Positions 51,175 through 64,000 of a stretch of 64,000 bases of DNA are shown here, piece after piece (the first letter of the stretch is position 1; the number at the start of each line of letters is the position of its first letter). The notes under the pieces are model-generated. The model saw nothing but the letters and a program-made list of their open reading frames with translations, searched no databases and was not told the origin of the DNA. The position numbers were made by a program, and so were the translations under genes. The DNA is from Azolla caroliniana. Taxonomy: Eukaryota; Plantae; Polypodiophyta. Location: positions 23,436,001-23,500,000 of the forward strand of contig JBHGNT010000003.1 of the NCBI GenBank assembly GCA_043228905.1, in the 5' to 3' direction.

Positions 51175-53005
51175 ATGGAAGATCTTCTGATAGTCAAAGA
51201 TCTATATGAGCCTATAGAAAATAAGGATATACCAAGAGGGGTAATAGAATCGGAGTGGAAAATTCTAAATAGAATGGCAGTGGCAACTATAAGACAATGT
51301 GTAGACATTAGCGTCCTACAACATGTAGCAAGTGATACCAATGCCTTCGAGTTATGGCATAAACTCTCTGCCCTCTATGAAAGGAAAAATGCCTTAAATA
51401 AAACCTTCTTGATGAGGAAGATAGTGAGACTAAAGTACGTAGATGGGGAGAGCATTGTAGAGCACATCAATACTTTTATGGGAATGGTTAATCAGTTAGC
51501 CTCAGCGAAGTTCCCGTTAGATGACTTTATGCAGGCCACACTACTATTATGTACTCTACCAGATAGCTGGGAAAACTTAATAGTGACACTCAGCACTTCA
51601 TGTAAAGAAGATGACCTATCTTTACAAGTAGTAAAGACAAGTATTCTAAATGAAGAGACAAGAAGAAAGGATAAAAGTGCCTTGTCTCAATCGGAAGCTA
51701 ATGTGACCCAAGAACTTATTAGAGGTAGAAGAGAGCATAAAAGTTCAGAAAATGGAGATAGATTTTATAGAAGGTTGAAATCTAGGGCAAGGCCTACATG
51801 CTTCTATTGTGGGAAGCTCGGCCACTTCCAAAAGAATTGTCGACACCTCAGAAAGGACAAAGGTATGGCTGATGAGGTCAAAACTAGAAAAATCTCTGAT
51901 GATAAAAACACCTCAGCCATTGTAACTAGTGAGGAAGAGATGTTGTTCATATGTGAACAAGTTAGTGTGAATCTTGCAAGTGCTGAGAGCTCATGGGTAG
52001 TAGATTCCGACGCATCATTTCACCTAACTCCCAAAAGAGAATGCTTCTCATCTTACACAACGGGTGACTATGGCTATGTTAGGATGGGAAATGACGGTGA
52101 ATGCAAGATTGTGGGCATAGGAACTGTGTGCTTGCTAACATCTACTAGCTTCAGGTTAATGTTGAAGGATGTACGCCATGTTACCAATGTCAGATTGAAT
52201 CTGATATCGGTTGGACGGCTAAACGATGAAGGCTACAGTGGTGGTTTTCAAAATGGTTCATGGAAGTTCTGTAAAGGGAGCTTGATCGTGGCTCGAGCCC
52301 AAAAACAGAACACATTGTATCTAATGCATGCAAAGTTGTGCCAGGATGAGGCAAATGTAGTGGTTGGCTCAGACGGTGAGTTGTGGCATAAAAGGCTCGG
52401 ACACATGAGCGAAAGGGGAATGCATGTCCATGCGGAAAAGGATTTTCTACCGGAGGTGACAAGAATACACTTGGAAAGGTGTGTGAACTGCTTGGCTGGA
52501 AAGCAGAATAGAACAACCTTCCACTCCAGACCTCCGATGAGAAGAGAGCATGCTTTAGAGCTGGTTCACATAAATGTGTGCTATGTGGATGCCCCATCAC
52601 ATCGTGGAGGACAATATTTTGTCACATTTATTGATGACTTCAGTAGTAAGGTGTGGGCTTATGTGATAGTGTCTAAAGACCAAGTGTTGTCGGTCTTTAA
52701 AGAGTTTAATGCAAGGGTGCAAAGAGAATTTGGACAAAAGATAAAAGTTGTCCGAACTGATAACGATGGTGAATATAGAGGCCAATTTGAGATGTATTGC
52801 AAGACTCAAGGCATCAAACTTGAGTATACGGTGTCGAAGACACTTGAGCTAAATGGTCTAGCAGAAAGAATGAATCGGACTATAATGGAGAGGGTACGAA
52901 GCATGTTGGCACATGCAAAACTGCCAAAGTCGTATTGGGCTGAGGCAATGTTGACGGTTGTTTATCTCATAAACAGATTTCCATCAGTGCCTCTAAAGGG
53001 GAATG
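51175..53005 (+). CDS. Copia gag-PR-INT (5' part), interrupted by the 6-kb insertion
   Basis: CFYCGKLGHFQKNC, WVVDSDASFH, WHKRLGH, FIDDFS, NGLAERMNR. Ends at PLKGN. Confidence 0.9.
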
Positions 53006-56000
53006 TGTCATGATAACAGTCACATCATGCATCGAAAGGATCATGACACTCACATTATGACTCGAAAGGATTTGAACCCACGACCTTGTTGTACACATGT
53101 CAAATCCTTAACCATTGTATTAATATTCTTATATGTATAGTCTCTAGAATATGAAATCTAATATCATAGGAATATTCTATATTACTCTACATTCTAGAAT
53201 GACCTAGAATATTCTAGAGTGTTCTATACCACTAGAACCTTCTAGAATGCTCTAGAGATCTTCTAGATTACTCTACATTCTAGGATAACCTAGAATATTC
53301 TAGAGAGTTCTCTATTACTTATAAATAGGGATCTACCACCCATCCCAAACTTAAATTGGTCCAATGCTGCAGAACTCGTCAATACATTTCATCGCCAATA
53401 TCCTTCTAAACCAGGTCCTAATACAAACCCTACGACCCGTGAGACGTGTCGTCGAAGAAGGGGGAATGTGTCATGATAACAGTCACATCATGCATCGAAA
53501 GGATCATGACACTCACATTATGACTCGAAAGGATTTGAACCCACGACCTTGTTGTACACATGTGAAATCCTTAACCATTGTATTAATATTCTTATATGTA
53601 TAGTCTCTAGAATATGAAATCTAATATCATAGGAATATTCTATATTACTCTACATTCTAGAATGACCTAGAATATTCTAGAGTGTTCTATATTACTTATA
53701 AATAGGGATCTACCACCCATCCCAAACTTAAATTGGTCCAATGCTGCAGAACTCGTCAATACATTTCATCGCCAATATCCTTGTAAACCAGGTCCTAATA
53801 CAAACCCTACGACCCGTGAGACGTGTCGTCGAAGAAGGGGGAATGTGTCATGATAACAGTCACATCATGCATCGAAAGGATCATGACACTCACATTATGA
53901 CTCGAAAGGATTTGAACCCACGACCTTGTTGTACACATGTCAAATCCTTAACCATTGTATTAATATTCTTATATGTATAGTCTCTAGAATATGAAATCTA
54001 ATATCATAGGAATATTCTATATTACTCTACATTCTAGAATGACCTAGAATATTCTAGAGTGTTCTATATTACTTATAAATAGGGATCTACCACCCATCCC
54101 AAACTTAAATTGGTCCAATGCTGCAGAACTCGTCAATACATTTCATCGCCAATATCCTTGTAAACCAGGTCCTAATACAAACCCTACGACCCGTGAGACG
54201 TGTCGTCGAAGAAGGGGGATAGTGTCATGATAACAGTCACATCATGCATCGAAAGGATCATGACACTCACATTATGACTCGAAAGGATTTGAATCCACGA
54301 CCTTGTTGTACACATGTCAAATCCTTAACCATTGTATTAATATTCTTATATGTATAGTCTCTAGAATATGAAATCTAATATCATAGGAATATTCTATATT
54401 ACTCTACATTCTAGAATGACCTAGAATATTCTAGAGTGTTCTATATTACTTATAAATAGGGATCTACCACCCATCCCAAACTTAAATTGGTCCAATGCTG
54501 CAGAACTCGTCAATACATTTCATCGCCAATATCCTTGTAAACCAAGTCCTAATACAAACCCTACGACCCGTGAGACGTGTCGTCGAAGAAGGGGGATAGT
54601 GTCATGATAACAATCACATCATGCATCGAAAGGATCATGACACTCACATTATGACTCAAAAGGATTTGAACCCACGACCTTGTTGTACACATGTCAAATC
54701 CTTAACCATTGTATTAATATTCTTATATGTATAGTCTCTAGAATATGAAATCTAATATCATAGGAATATTCTATATTACTCTACATTCTAGAATGACCTA
54801 GAATATTCTAGAGTGTTCTATATTACTTATAAATAGGGATCTACCACCCATCCCAAACTTAAATTGGTCCAATGCTGCAGAACTCGTCAATACATTTCAT
54901 CGCCAATATCCTTCTAAACCAGGTCCTAATACAAACCCTACGACCCGTGAGACGTGTCGTCGAAGAAGGGGGAATGTGTCATGATAACAGTCACATCATG
55001 CATCGAAAGGATCATGACACTCACATTATGACTCGAAAGGATTTGAACCCACGACCTTGTTGTACACATGTCAAATCCTTAACCATTGTATTAATATTCT
55101 TATATGTATAGTCTCTAGAATATGAAATCTAATATCATAGGAATATTCTATATTACTCTACATTCTAGAATGACCTAGAATATTCTAGAGTGTTCTATAT
55201 TACTTATAAATAGGGATCTACCACCCATCCCAAACTTAAATTGGTCCAATGCTGCAGAACTCGTCAATACATTTCATCGCCAATATCCTTGTAAACCAGG
55301 TCCTAATACAAACCCTACGACCCGTGAGACGTGTCGTCGAAGAAGGGGGATAGTGTCATGATAACAGTCACATCATGCATCGAAAGGATCATGACACTCA
55401 CATTATGACTCAAAAGGATTTGAACCCACGACCTTGTTGTACACATGTCAAATCCTTAACCATTGTATTAATATTCTTATATGTATAGTCTCTAGAATAT
55501 GAAATCTAATATCATAGGAATATTCTATATTACTCTACATTCTAGAATGACCTAGAATATTCTATATTAGTTATAAATAGGGATCTACCACCCATCCCAA
55601 ACTTAAATTGGTCCAATGCTGCAGAACTCGTCAATACATTTCATCGCCAATATCCTTGTAAACCAGGTCCTAATACAAACCCTACGACCCGTGAGACGTG
55701 TCGTCGAAGAAGGGGGAATGTGTCATGATAACAGTCACATCATGCATCGAAAGGATCATGACACTCACATTATGACTCGAAAGGATTTGAACCCACGACC
55801 TTGTTGTACACATGTCAAATCCTTAACCATTGTATTAATATTCTTATATGTATAGTCTCTAGAATATGAAATCTAATATCATAGGAATATTCTATATTAC
55901 TCTACATTCTAGAATGACCTAGAATATTCTAGAGTGTTCTATATTACTTATAAATAGGGATCTACCACCCATCCCAAACTTAAATTGGTCCAATGCTGCA

Positions 56001-59000
56001 GAACTCGTCAATACATTTCATCGCCAATATCCTTGTAAACCAGGTCCTAATACAAACCCTACGACCCGTGAGACGTGTCGTCGAAGAAGGGGGATAGTGT
56101 CATGATAACAGTCACATCATGCATCGAAAGGATCATGACACTCACATTATGACTCGAAAGGATTTGAACCCACGACCTTGTTGTACACATGTCAAATCCT
56201 TAACCATTGTATTAATATTCTTATATGTATAGTCTCTAGAATATGAAATCTAATATCATAGGAATATTCTATATTACTCTACATTCTAGAATGACCTAGA
56301 ATATTCTAGAGTGTTCTATATTACTTATAAATAGGGATCTACCACCCATCCCAAACTTAAATTGGTCCAATGCTGCAGAACTCGTCAATACATTTCATCG
56401 CCAATATCCTTGTAAACCAGGTCCTAATACAAACCCTACGACCCGTGAGACGTGTCGTCGAAGAAGGGGGAATGTGTCATGATAACAGTCACATCATGCA
56501 TCGAAAGGATCATGACACTCACATTATGACTCGAAAGGATTTGAACCCACGACCTTGTTGTACACATGTCAAATCCTTAACCATTGTATTAATATTCTTA
56601 TATGTATAGTCTCTAGAATATGAAATCTAATATCATAGGAATATTCTATATTACTCTACATTCTAGAATGACCTAGAATATTCTAGAGTGTTCTATATTA
56701 CTTATAAATAGGGATCTACCACCCATCCCAAACTTAAATTGGTCCAATGCTGCAGAACTCGTCAATACATTTCATCGCCAATATCCTTGTAAACCAGGTC
56801 CTAATACAAACCCTACGACCCGTGAGACGTGTCGTCGAAGAAGGGGGAATGTGTCATGATAACAGTCACATCATGCATCGAAAGGATCATGACACTCACA
56901 TTATGACTCGAAAGGATTTGAACCCACGACCTTGTTGTACACATGTGAAATCCTTAACCATTGTATTAATATTCTTATATGTATAGTCTCTAGAATATGA
57001 AATCTAATATCATAGGAATATTCTATATTACTCTACATTCTAGAATGACCTAGAATATTCTAGAGTGTTCTATATTACTTATAAATAGGGATCTACCACC
57101 CATCCCAAACTTAAATTGGTCCAATGCTGCAGAACTCGTCAATACATTTCATCGCCAATATCCTTGTAAACCAAGTCCTAATACAAACCCTACGACCCGT
57201 GAGACGTGTCGTCGAAGAAGGGGGATAGTGTCATGATAACAGTCACATCATGCATCGAAAGGATCATGACACTCACATTATGACTCAAAAGGATTTGAAC
57301 CCACGACCTTGTTGTACACATGTCAAATCCTTAACCATTGTATTAATATTCTTATATGTATAGTCTCTAGAATATGAAATCTAATATCATAGGAATATTC
57401 TATATTACTCTACATTCTAGAATGACCTAGAATATTCTAGAGTGTTCTATATTACTTATAAATAGGGATCTACCACCCATCCCAAACTTAAATTGGTCCA
57501 ATGCTGCAGAACTCGTCAATACATTTCATCGCCAATATCCTTGTAAACCAGGTCCTAATACAAACCCTACGACCCGTGAGACGTGTCGTCGAAGAAGGGG
57601 GAATGTGTCATGATAACAGTCACATCATGCATCGAAAGGATCATGACACTCACATTATGACTCGAAAGGATTTGAACCCACGACCTTGTTGTACACATGT
57701 CAAATCCTTAACCATTGTATTAATATTCTTATATGTATAGTCTCTAGAATATGAAATCTAATATCATAGGAATATTCTATATTACTCTACATTCTAGAAT
57801 GACCTAGAATATTCTAGAGTGTTCTATACCACTAGAACCTTCTAGAATACTCTAGAGATCTTCTAGATTACTCTACATTCTAGGATAACCTAGAATATTC
57901 TAGAGAGTTCTCTATTACTTATAAATAGGGATCTACCACCCATCCCAAACTTAAATTGGTCCAATGCTGCAGAACTCGTCAATACATTTCATCGCCAATA
58001 TCCTTGTAAACCAGGTCCTAATACAAACCCTACGACCCGTGAGACGTGTCGTCGAAGAAGGGGGATAGTGTCATGATAACAGTCACATCATGCATCGAAA
58101 GGATCATGACACTCACATTATGACTCGAAAGGATTTGAACCCACGACCTTGTTGTACACATGTCAAATCCTTAACCATTGTATTAATATTCTTATATGTA
58201 TAGTCTCTAGAATATGAAATCTAATATCATAGGAATATTCTATATTACTCTACATTCTAGAATGACCTAGAATATTCTAGAGTGTTCTATACCACTAGAA
58301 CCTTCTAGAATACTCTAGAGATCTTCTAGATTACTCTACATTCTAGGATAACCTAGAATATTCTAGAGAGTTCTCTATTACTTATAAATAGGGATCTACC
58401 ACCCATCCCAAACTTAAATTGGTCCAATGCTGCAGAACTCGTCAATACATTTCATCGCCAATATCCTTGTAAACCAGGTCCTAATACAAACCCTACGACC
58501 CGTGAGACGTGTCGTCGAAGAAGGGCGAATGTGTCATGATAACAGTCACATCATGCATCGAAAGGATCATGACACTCACATTATGACTCGAAAGGATTTG
58601 AACCCACGACCTTGTTGTACACATGTCAAATCCTTAACCATTGTATTAATATTCTTATATGTATAGTCTCTAGAATATGAAATCTAATATCATAGGAATA
58701 TTCTATATTACTCTACATTCTAGAATGACCTAGAATATTCTAGAGTGTTCTATACCACTAGAACCTTCTAGAATACTCTAGAGATCTTCTAGATTACTCT
58801 ACATTCTAGGATAACCTAGAATATTCTAGAGAGTTCTCTATTACTTATAAATAGGGATCTACCACCCATCCCAAACTTAAATTGGTTCAACGCCATTTTG
58901 TAGCCTACTCTTTGTAATCCATTTTACGCTTCAATATAATAATTCTCTTTCAATTATCTCTCTATCTCTTTTTCTCTCTCTTTCTCTCTCTCAGTCTTGA

Positions 59001-59002
59001 CA
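53006..59002 (+). repeat. LTR-derived tandem array: 14 x [U3 + about 105-bp chromodomain tail + PPT] followed by one complete LTR (58532-59002), flanked by a GAATG target-site duplication
   Basis: Unit starts TGTCATGA at 53006, 53469, 53846, 54223, 54600, 54977, 55354, 55721, 56098, 56475, 56852, 57229, 57606, 58069 and 58532 (377 or 463 bp, one 367). Overall termini TGTCA...TGACA. GAATG at 53001-53005 and 59003-59007. Confidence 0.95.
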
Positions 59003-59007
59003 GAATG

Positions 59008-61228
59008 TACCACAGAGGGTGTGGATAGGAAGGAATGTGTCTTATCAGCACTTAAAGGTGTTTGGATGCTTGGCTTATGTACATGTTGCTAAAGATCAGA
59101 GGTCAAAGCTGGACAGCAAGCCCAAACCCTGTATATTCTTGGGGTACTCAGAAGAGGAATTTGGGTACAAGATGTGGGATCTCCTCAATAAGAAGGTGAT
59201 AAGAAGTCATGATTTATATTCATGGAAGACAAGACAATCGAAGACTGGAAAAAATAGAGACCAGAGTCATCTTCCCAATCGACTACTACTACGGAGTCGA
59301 CACTAGTTGATCCCACTCCCACACAACCAGTCGGCAGACAACAGCCGGCTGATGAAGCCGAATCTGAGTTGGTTGGTGAAGGAAGAAGATATCCACAAAG
59401 ACAAAGGAAGGCCTCCTCTAGATATCTAGCCAGTCAATATATCCTCTTGACTGATGAAGGGGAACCAGAATGCTATGAAGAGGCCATGACTGATGTACAC
59501 AAGGAGAAATGGTATAATGCCATGCAAGAAGAAATGGATTCCTTGCATGAGAACCTAACTTATGAGTTAATGGAACTGCCTAATGGTAAGAAGGCACTTA
59601 GAAACAAATGGGTCTACAAAGTAAAGACTGGTGAAGACGGAAGTATACCTAGGTATAAGGCCCGTATTGTCGTAAAGGGCTTTCAACAGAAAAAGGGTGT
59701 TGACTTTGATGAGATTTTTGCTCCAGTTGTGAAGATGACCTCTATTCAGACTGTTTTGAGCATGGCTGCTAGTATGAATCTTGAAATCGAACAACTGGAT
59801 GTTAAAACAGCTTTCTTGCACGGTGAGTTAGAAGAGGAAATCTATATGCAACAGCTGGAGGGCTTTGAAGTAAAAGGAAAAGAAAATCTCGTGTGTAGGC
59901 TGAAGAAAAACTTGTATGGTCTAAAGCAAGCTCCACGACAATGGTATAAAAATTTTGAGTCCTTCATGTTGGAACATGGATTCCACAAAACACAAGCCGA
60001 TCATTGTGTATTTGTGAAAAGGTATAATGAAGGTGATTTTCTGATTCTGTTGTTGTATGTGGATGATATGTTGGTTGTTGGACAGGATGTACAAAAGATT
60101 GCAAGCTTGAAGAAAGCATTGAGCAAATCGTTTGCCATGAAAGACTTAGGACCAGCAAAACTGATTTTGGGAATGCATATAGTCCGGGACAGGACTGAAA
60201 ACATGCTATGGTTGTCACAAGAGAAATATGTGACAAAAGTTTTGCAAAGGTTTAACATGTACAATGCAAAATCGGTCGGATCTCCATTGCCGGTGGACTG
60301 TAAGTTAAATTCAAGACAATGCCCGAAATCTGAGAAAGATAAGGCAGAGATGAGGAGAGTGTCGTATGCTTCTGCTGTTGGCAGCCTTATGTACGCTATG
60401 GTTTGCACAAAGCCGGACATTGCATTCGCTGTTGGAACAGTTAGTCGTTACATGAGTAATCCTGGAAAGGAGCATTGGGCAACCATAAAATGGATACTTA
60501 GATATCTAAGAGGGACTTCGAGTGTATGCCTTAGATATGGCTCATAGAAACCTATCCTAGAAGGTTTCACAGATTTTGATATGTCGGGTGATGTAGATTC
60601 CAGCCGATCCACATCAGGGTATGTGATGACTTATTTAGAGGGAGCCATTTCATGGCAATCAAGATTGCAAAAGACTGTGACTTTGTCAACCACAGAGGCT
60701 GGGTATATGGCTGCAATGGAAGCCGGAAAAGAAGTGATTTGGATGAGAGCCTTCTTAGGCGAACTAGGAATGAAGCAAGAAAGGTTCTTGCTTCATTGTG
60801 ATAATCAGAGTGCTATTCATTTGGCTAAGAATGATGCCTATCATTCCCGTACGAAGCACATTCAAAAAGAGGCTGAGTATATGGCTGCAGTGGAAGCCGA
60901 AAAAGAAGTGATTTGGATGAGAGACTTCTTAAGCGAACTAGGAATGAAGCAAGAAACGTTCTTGCTTCATTGTGATAATCAAAGTGTTATTCATTTGGCT
61001 AAGAATGTTGCCTATCATTCCCATACGAAGCACATTCAAAGAAGGTATCATTGGTTGCGAGAGAAAGTGGAAGAAAATGAATTTACTTTAGGAAAGATCC
61101 ATACTAATGAAAATGGATTAGACATGCTCACAAAATTTCTATCTATGGAAAAACTCGTTGTGTGCCGAAAAAGGATTGGTTTGATTGACTCTCCCCCTAC
61201 AGGAGTGAAGGGGGAGTTTGTTATGTAA
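59008..61228 (+). pseudogene. Copia INT C-terminus, RT and RNase H (frameshift, stop, internal duplication)
   Basis: PQRVWIGRNVSYQHLKVFGCLAYVH, RYKARIVVKGF, LDVKTAFLHG, LYVDDM, HCDNQSAIHL. Confidence 0.92.
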
Positions 61229-62399
61229 AGGCGTCCCTCCTTGCGGGGGAGTTGACCGAAAAGTTGACTTAAGAGTCGGCTGGTCGAAATTGGCTGAGAA
61301 TCCAAAATGAGTCGACTGACCAAAAATAGCCGAAAAGCCGTAAAGAGTAGGCTGACCGAATTTGGCTGAAATCGATCGGAGAGCAAAAAGAATAGTCAAA
61401 TTGCCAAAGAACCGCATTGGGGGTCGATTGACCGAATTCAAAGAGGAAGCCGAATTGGAACTAAGTTGACACATATATATATACATATGTCTTCTTATAC
61501 ATATGTATGAAATGACTTAGTATATATATACTAACAAGCCTAGTAGTGTGTCTGTATGTGGGATAACTCACTAGAAGTAAACAATGAGATAAAGGGGGGG
61601 AAACATACATAACGTATGTGAGTAAGTGAGAGACATATATATGTGAGTGAAAAACGAGTTGTCTTATAAGCGTGACTCAGAGAACGACTGAGTATATACA
61701 CAGTAGTGGCTGTGCCAGAGAGAATACTCAGAAGTTAAGTGAGAGAAGAAAGAAGAGTGAAACAAAAGAGAAATAGAGAGAAAGACAAAGAAGCTTTGGA
61801 AGCTTCAAAGGGGAATAGACATCTACGTGTTAGGGTTTGGAATGCTCATCAGAAATTGTGGTTTCAGAGAACATTCAGATAAGATCAGGTGCTTTCATTC
61901 TATGGTTGTATTTTGTCCTCTATTATAGTGGAAATCTTTGTTCTGTGGTGTTTCCCTGAAATCAGGGTTTTCCACGTAAATCGTGTCCTTTGCTTCATTT
62001 TTCTATTTGTGTCTAAGTTTAATATCGGAATTTGTCTGAGTAAAATTTTGACATATAACAAACACATAATAATTGCCTACAGAGGAAAGGCTTCCATCAA
62101 TCGCCACAATTAACAACTACAAGGACAGACCAATTTCACAAAGGATCGCCCCTTTTTTGGTGTTCCATATTCTAGCCTCATGGCAGGGAAGGTACACCTT
62201 TGTGCCAGATTGCAACGGTATGCAACAGAAAGTACATACGAGATTGGCACTCTTAACTACTGGTAGAGCCTCAATTGGTCCACAACTTTTGACTGAAGCT
62301 GTGCCACAGGACTATGCCACTGAACCCGTTTCTCCATCAAAAAGAAGTCAGGCAATGTGTCTGAGACACTCTTTCCATGGCAGCCACAAACATCAGGTG

Positions 62400-62760
62400 T
62401 TCATGTATGTACCCTGACACTTACGACAGTCGTAGAGCTAGGTCCAAGATACCATATAGGCAGTCAAGAGCATTGACGTTGCATGTTATGTTGCACAATA
62501 AATGTCACGATATGAATCAATCTTAAGACAAGTCTAATTGGTCGTTAGAAGTAATGGTTAACACAATTGGAAGTAGACAAAAATGCCCATGTTCACCCAC
62601 TCTCTTTGGTCTTTATATAAGTTGAGAAATCTTGTAGCAACATTGGCAGGCTTTGGAGCATGTTGGCGGAGATAGCCATATTGGTATTACCATATGCAGA
62701 TGATATTTTGCTGATTTCTCACTCTCCACTGTAACTGTACATAAAATGATTTCTGACTCT
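62400..62760 (+). mobile_element. Decayed LINE reverse-transcriptase fragment
   Basis: KCPCSPTLFGLYI (QGCPLSP-like) at about 62580-62620 and YADDILLIS at about 62693-62720. Confidence 0.6.
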
Positions 62761-64000
62761 CCATAGAGGACTACTTTAAAGGTATTTTTGTACAGAATTA
62801 CTTTTTTGTAAGCTTCTACAAAATAAAAATAAAAAACCTTCTATTAAGGATTTGTTCCACTCCACAAGGTAATGGAATACAAAGACCACAATGCTTGAGA
62901 TTGTTGTTGTTAAAATTAAAAAACGTACGGAGAGTTGTTAAACGACAACAATATGGCCAAAATACCATCTCCAAACAGTAAAATCCAGCCAAATGTTGCA
63001 AAGTATAGTGGACCGTGTTGGAGGGTGGCAGCTCTAGACTTGCACACTCTTTCATCTTTATTATTTCTGCTCTACATTTTCTCTCTTCCTAGATTCTTCT
63101 CTCTCTACATTTTCTCTCTTCCTAGATTCTTCTCTCTCTACAATCTGCAACTCTTTAAATGCCTTCTCTCTCTAGAATCTACAACGCTTTAAATGCCTTT
63201 TCTCTCTTTTCCACTTTTTCCAAGATATTCCCTCTTATTCCTAGTTTATTGTACCTGTTTGGTAGTACAAGAGTCACTTAACTACCAAACAACCATTTGG
63301 CCCACTTTCCCCAATTCTATATAAATAGGCTATACCAACCTCTTTTATAAAGACTTTTACTTTTGCTACTACTTATAAACAACCTCTACTCTTTGCAACC
63401 TTTTTTTCTATTGATGTCTAACAACCTTCTCACAACTTGGTTGTGTTTATTTTGTTCTAACAACTGTTACATTGCTGCTATTAACAGCTTTTCTCACAGA
63501 CCGACTAGCTTTAGTATATGGATCCTCTATACCAGATCCATCATTTGCTAGCTATAGTTTCCTCACCATTTGAACGTTTACCTTTGCTAAGATATTAAAA
63601 TCTCCCCTTGTTTCTTATATGTCTCTACTCCTAGACAAAAATTCAGCCATCCAAGATCTGTTGTATATTCCATCAATCAACTCAAGAAACCACCTCCCAT
63701 GGCAAGATATGCGTTTGGTCCTTATTGTTTTCCTCCACACTACGGGGGCTATTTCGGAATATCCATCTGTCCAGAGAACCATTCTCCATGAATTCATACA
63801 CGAGAAGGCGATGAGTCCCTTCTGCACAGAAACCCCTCAGCTGGACAAGATTGACGTGACTCAGACTGCCCAGTGCAGCTACCTCTGTTCTGAATTGCTT
63901 CTTCCCTGATGCTGCAATGGTTGCCCGCTCCGAAAACTGGATTAATCACATAAAAAAGTGTAAGTAATATGAGTGATTCAGAGAACTGGATTGATGACAT

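Larger units (their letters stand above)
50670..62053 (+). mobile_element. Ty1/Copia LTR retrotransposon (Tnt1-like). 5' LTR 50670-51073 (internally deleted), 3' LTR 61219-62053.
   Basis: Both LTRs start TGTTA and end AAATTTTGACA. PBS TGGTATTAGAGC at 51077. PPT GTGAAGGGGGAG before 61219. pol ORFs lie between. Confidence 0.95.

Noticed and set aside
53006-59002. CRISPR-like array or eight-copy 79-aa gene family
   Set aside because: Units are 377-463 bp with no unique spacers and no cas genes. The 79-aa ORFs are read-throughs across GAATG-type junctions in LTR DNA and are stopped in GATAG-type units.
63600-64000. Short ORFs at the window end
   Set aside because: No identifiable domain and truncated by the window edge.

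Overview
Eukaryotic land-plant DNA, probably a non-seed plant such as a fern, lycophyte or bryophyte (inferred from the retroelement types and TRN1-like paralogues). From left to right: (1) a multi-exon telomere repeat-binding protein gene (TRP/TBP type) on the minus strand, whose introns carry telomere-like repeats; (2) about 20 kb of nested retroelements: LINE fragment, Copia fragment with a solo LTR, a 100-N gap, a near-intact Copia, and a decayed Gypsy containing a gag-only relative; (3) a cluster of three TORNADO1-like ROCO (LRR-Roc-COR) sequences: one intact with a GC-AG intron splitting its P-loop, one that lost its LRR and P-loop by a GAAGAC microhomology deletion, and one fragment; (4) a 255-bp tandem repeat; (5) a second Copia whose integrase is split by a 6-kb insertion with a target-site duplication, made of 15 tandem LTR U3 copies joined by a chromodomain-tail plus polypurine-tract spacer. 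All coordinates were read by eye and no database searches were run.
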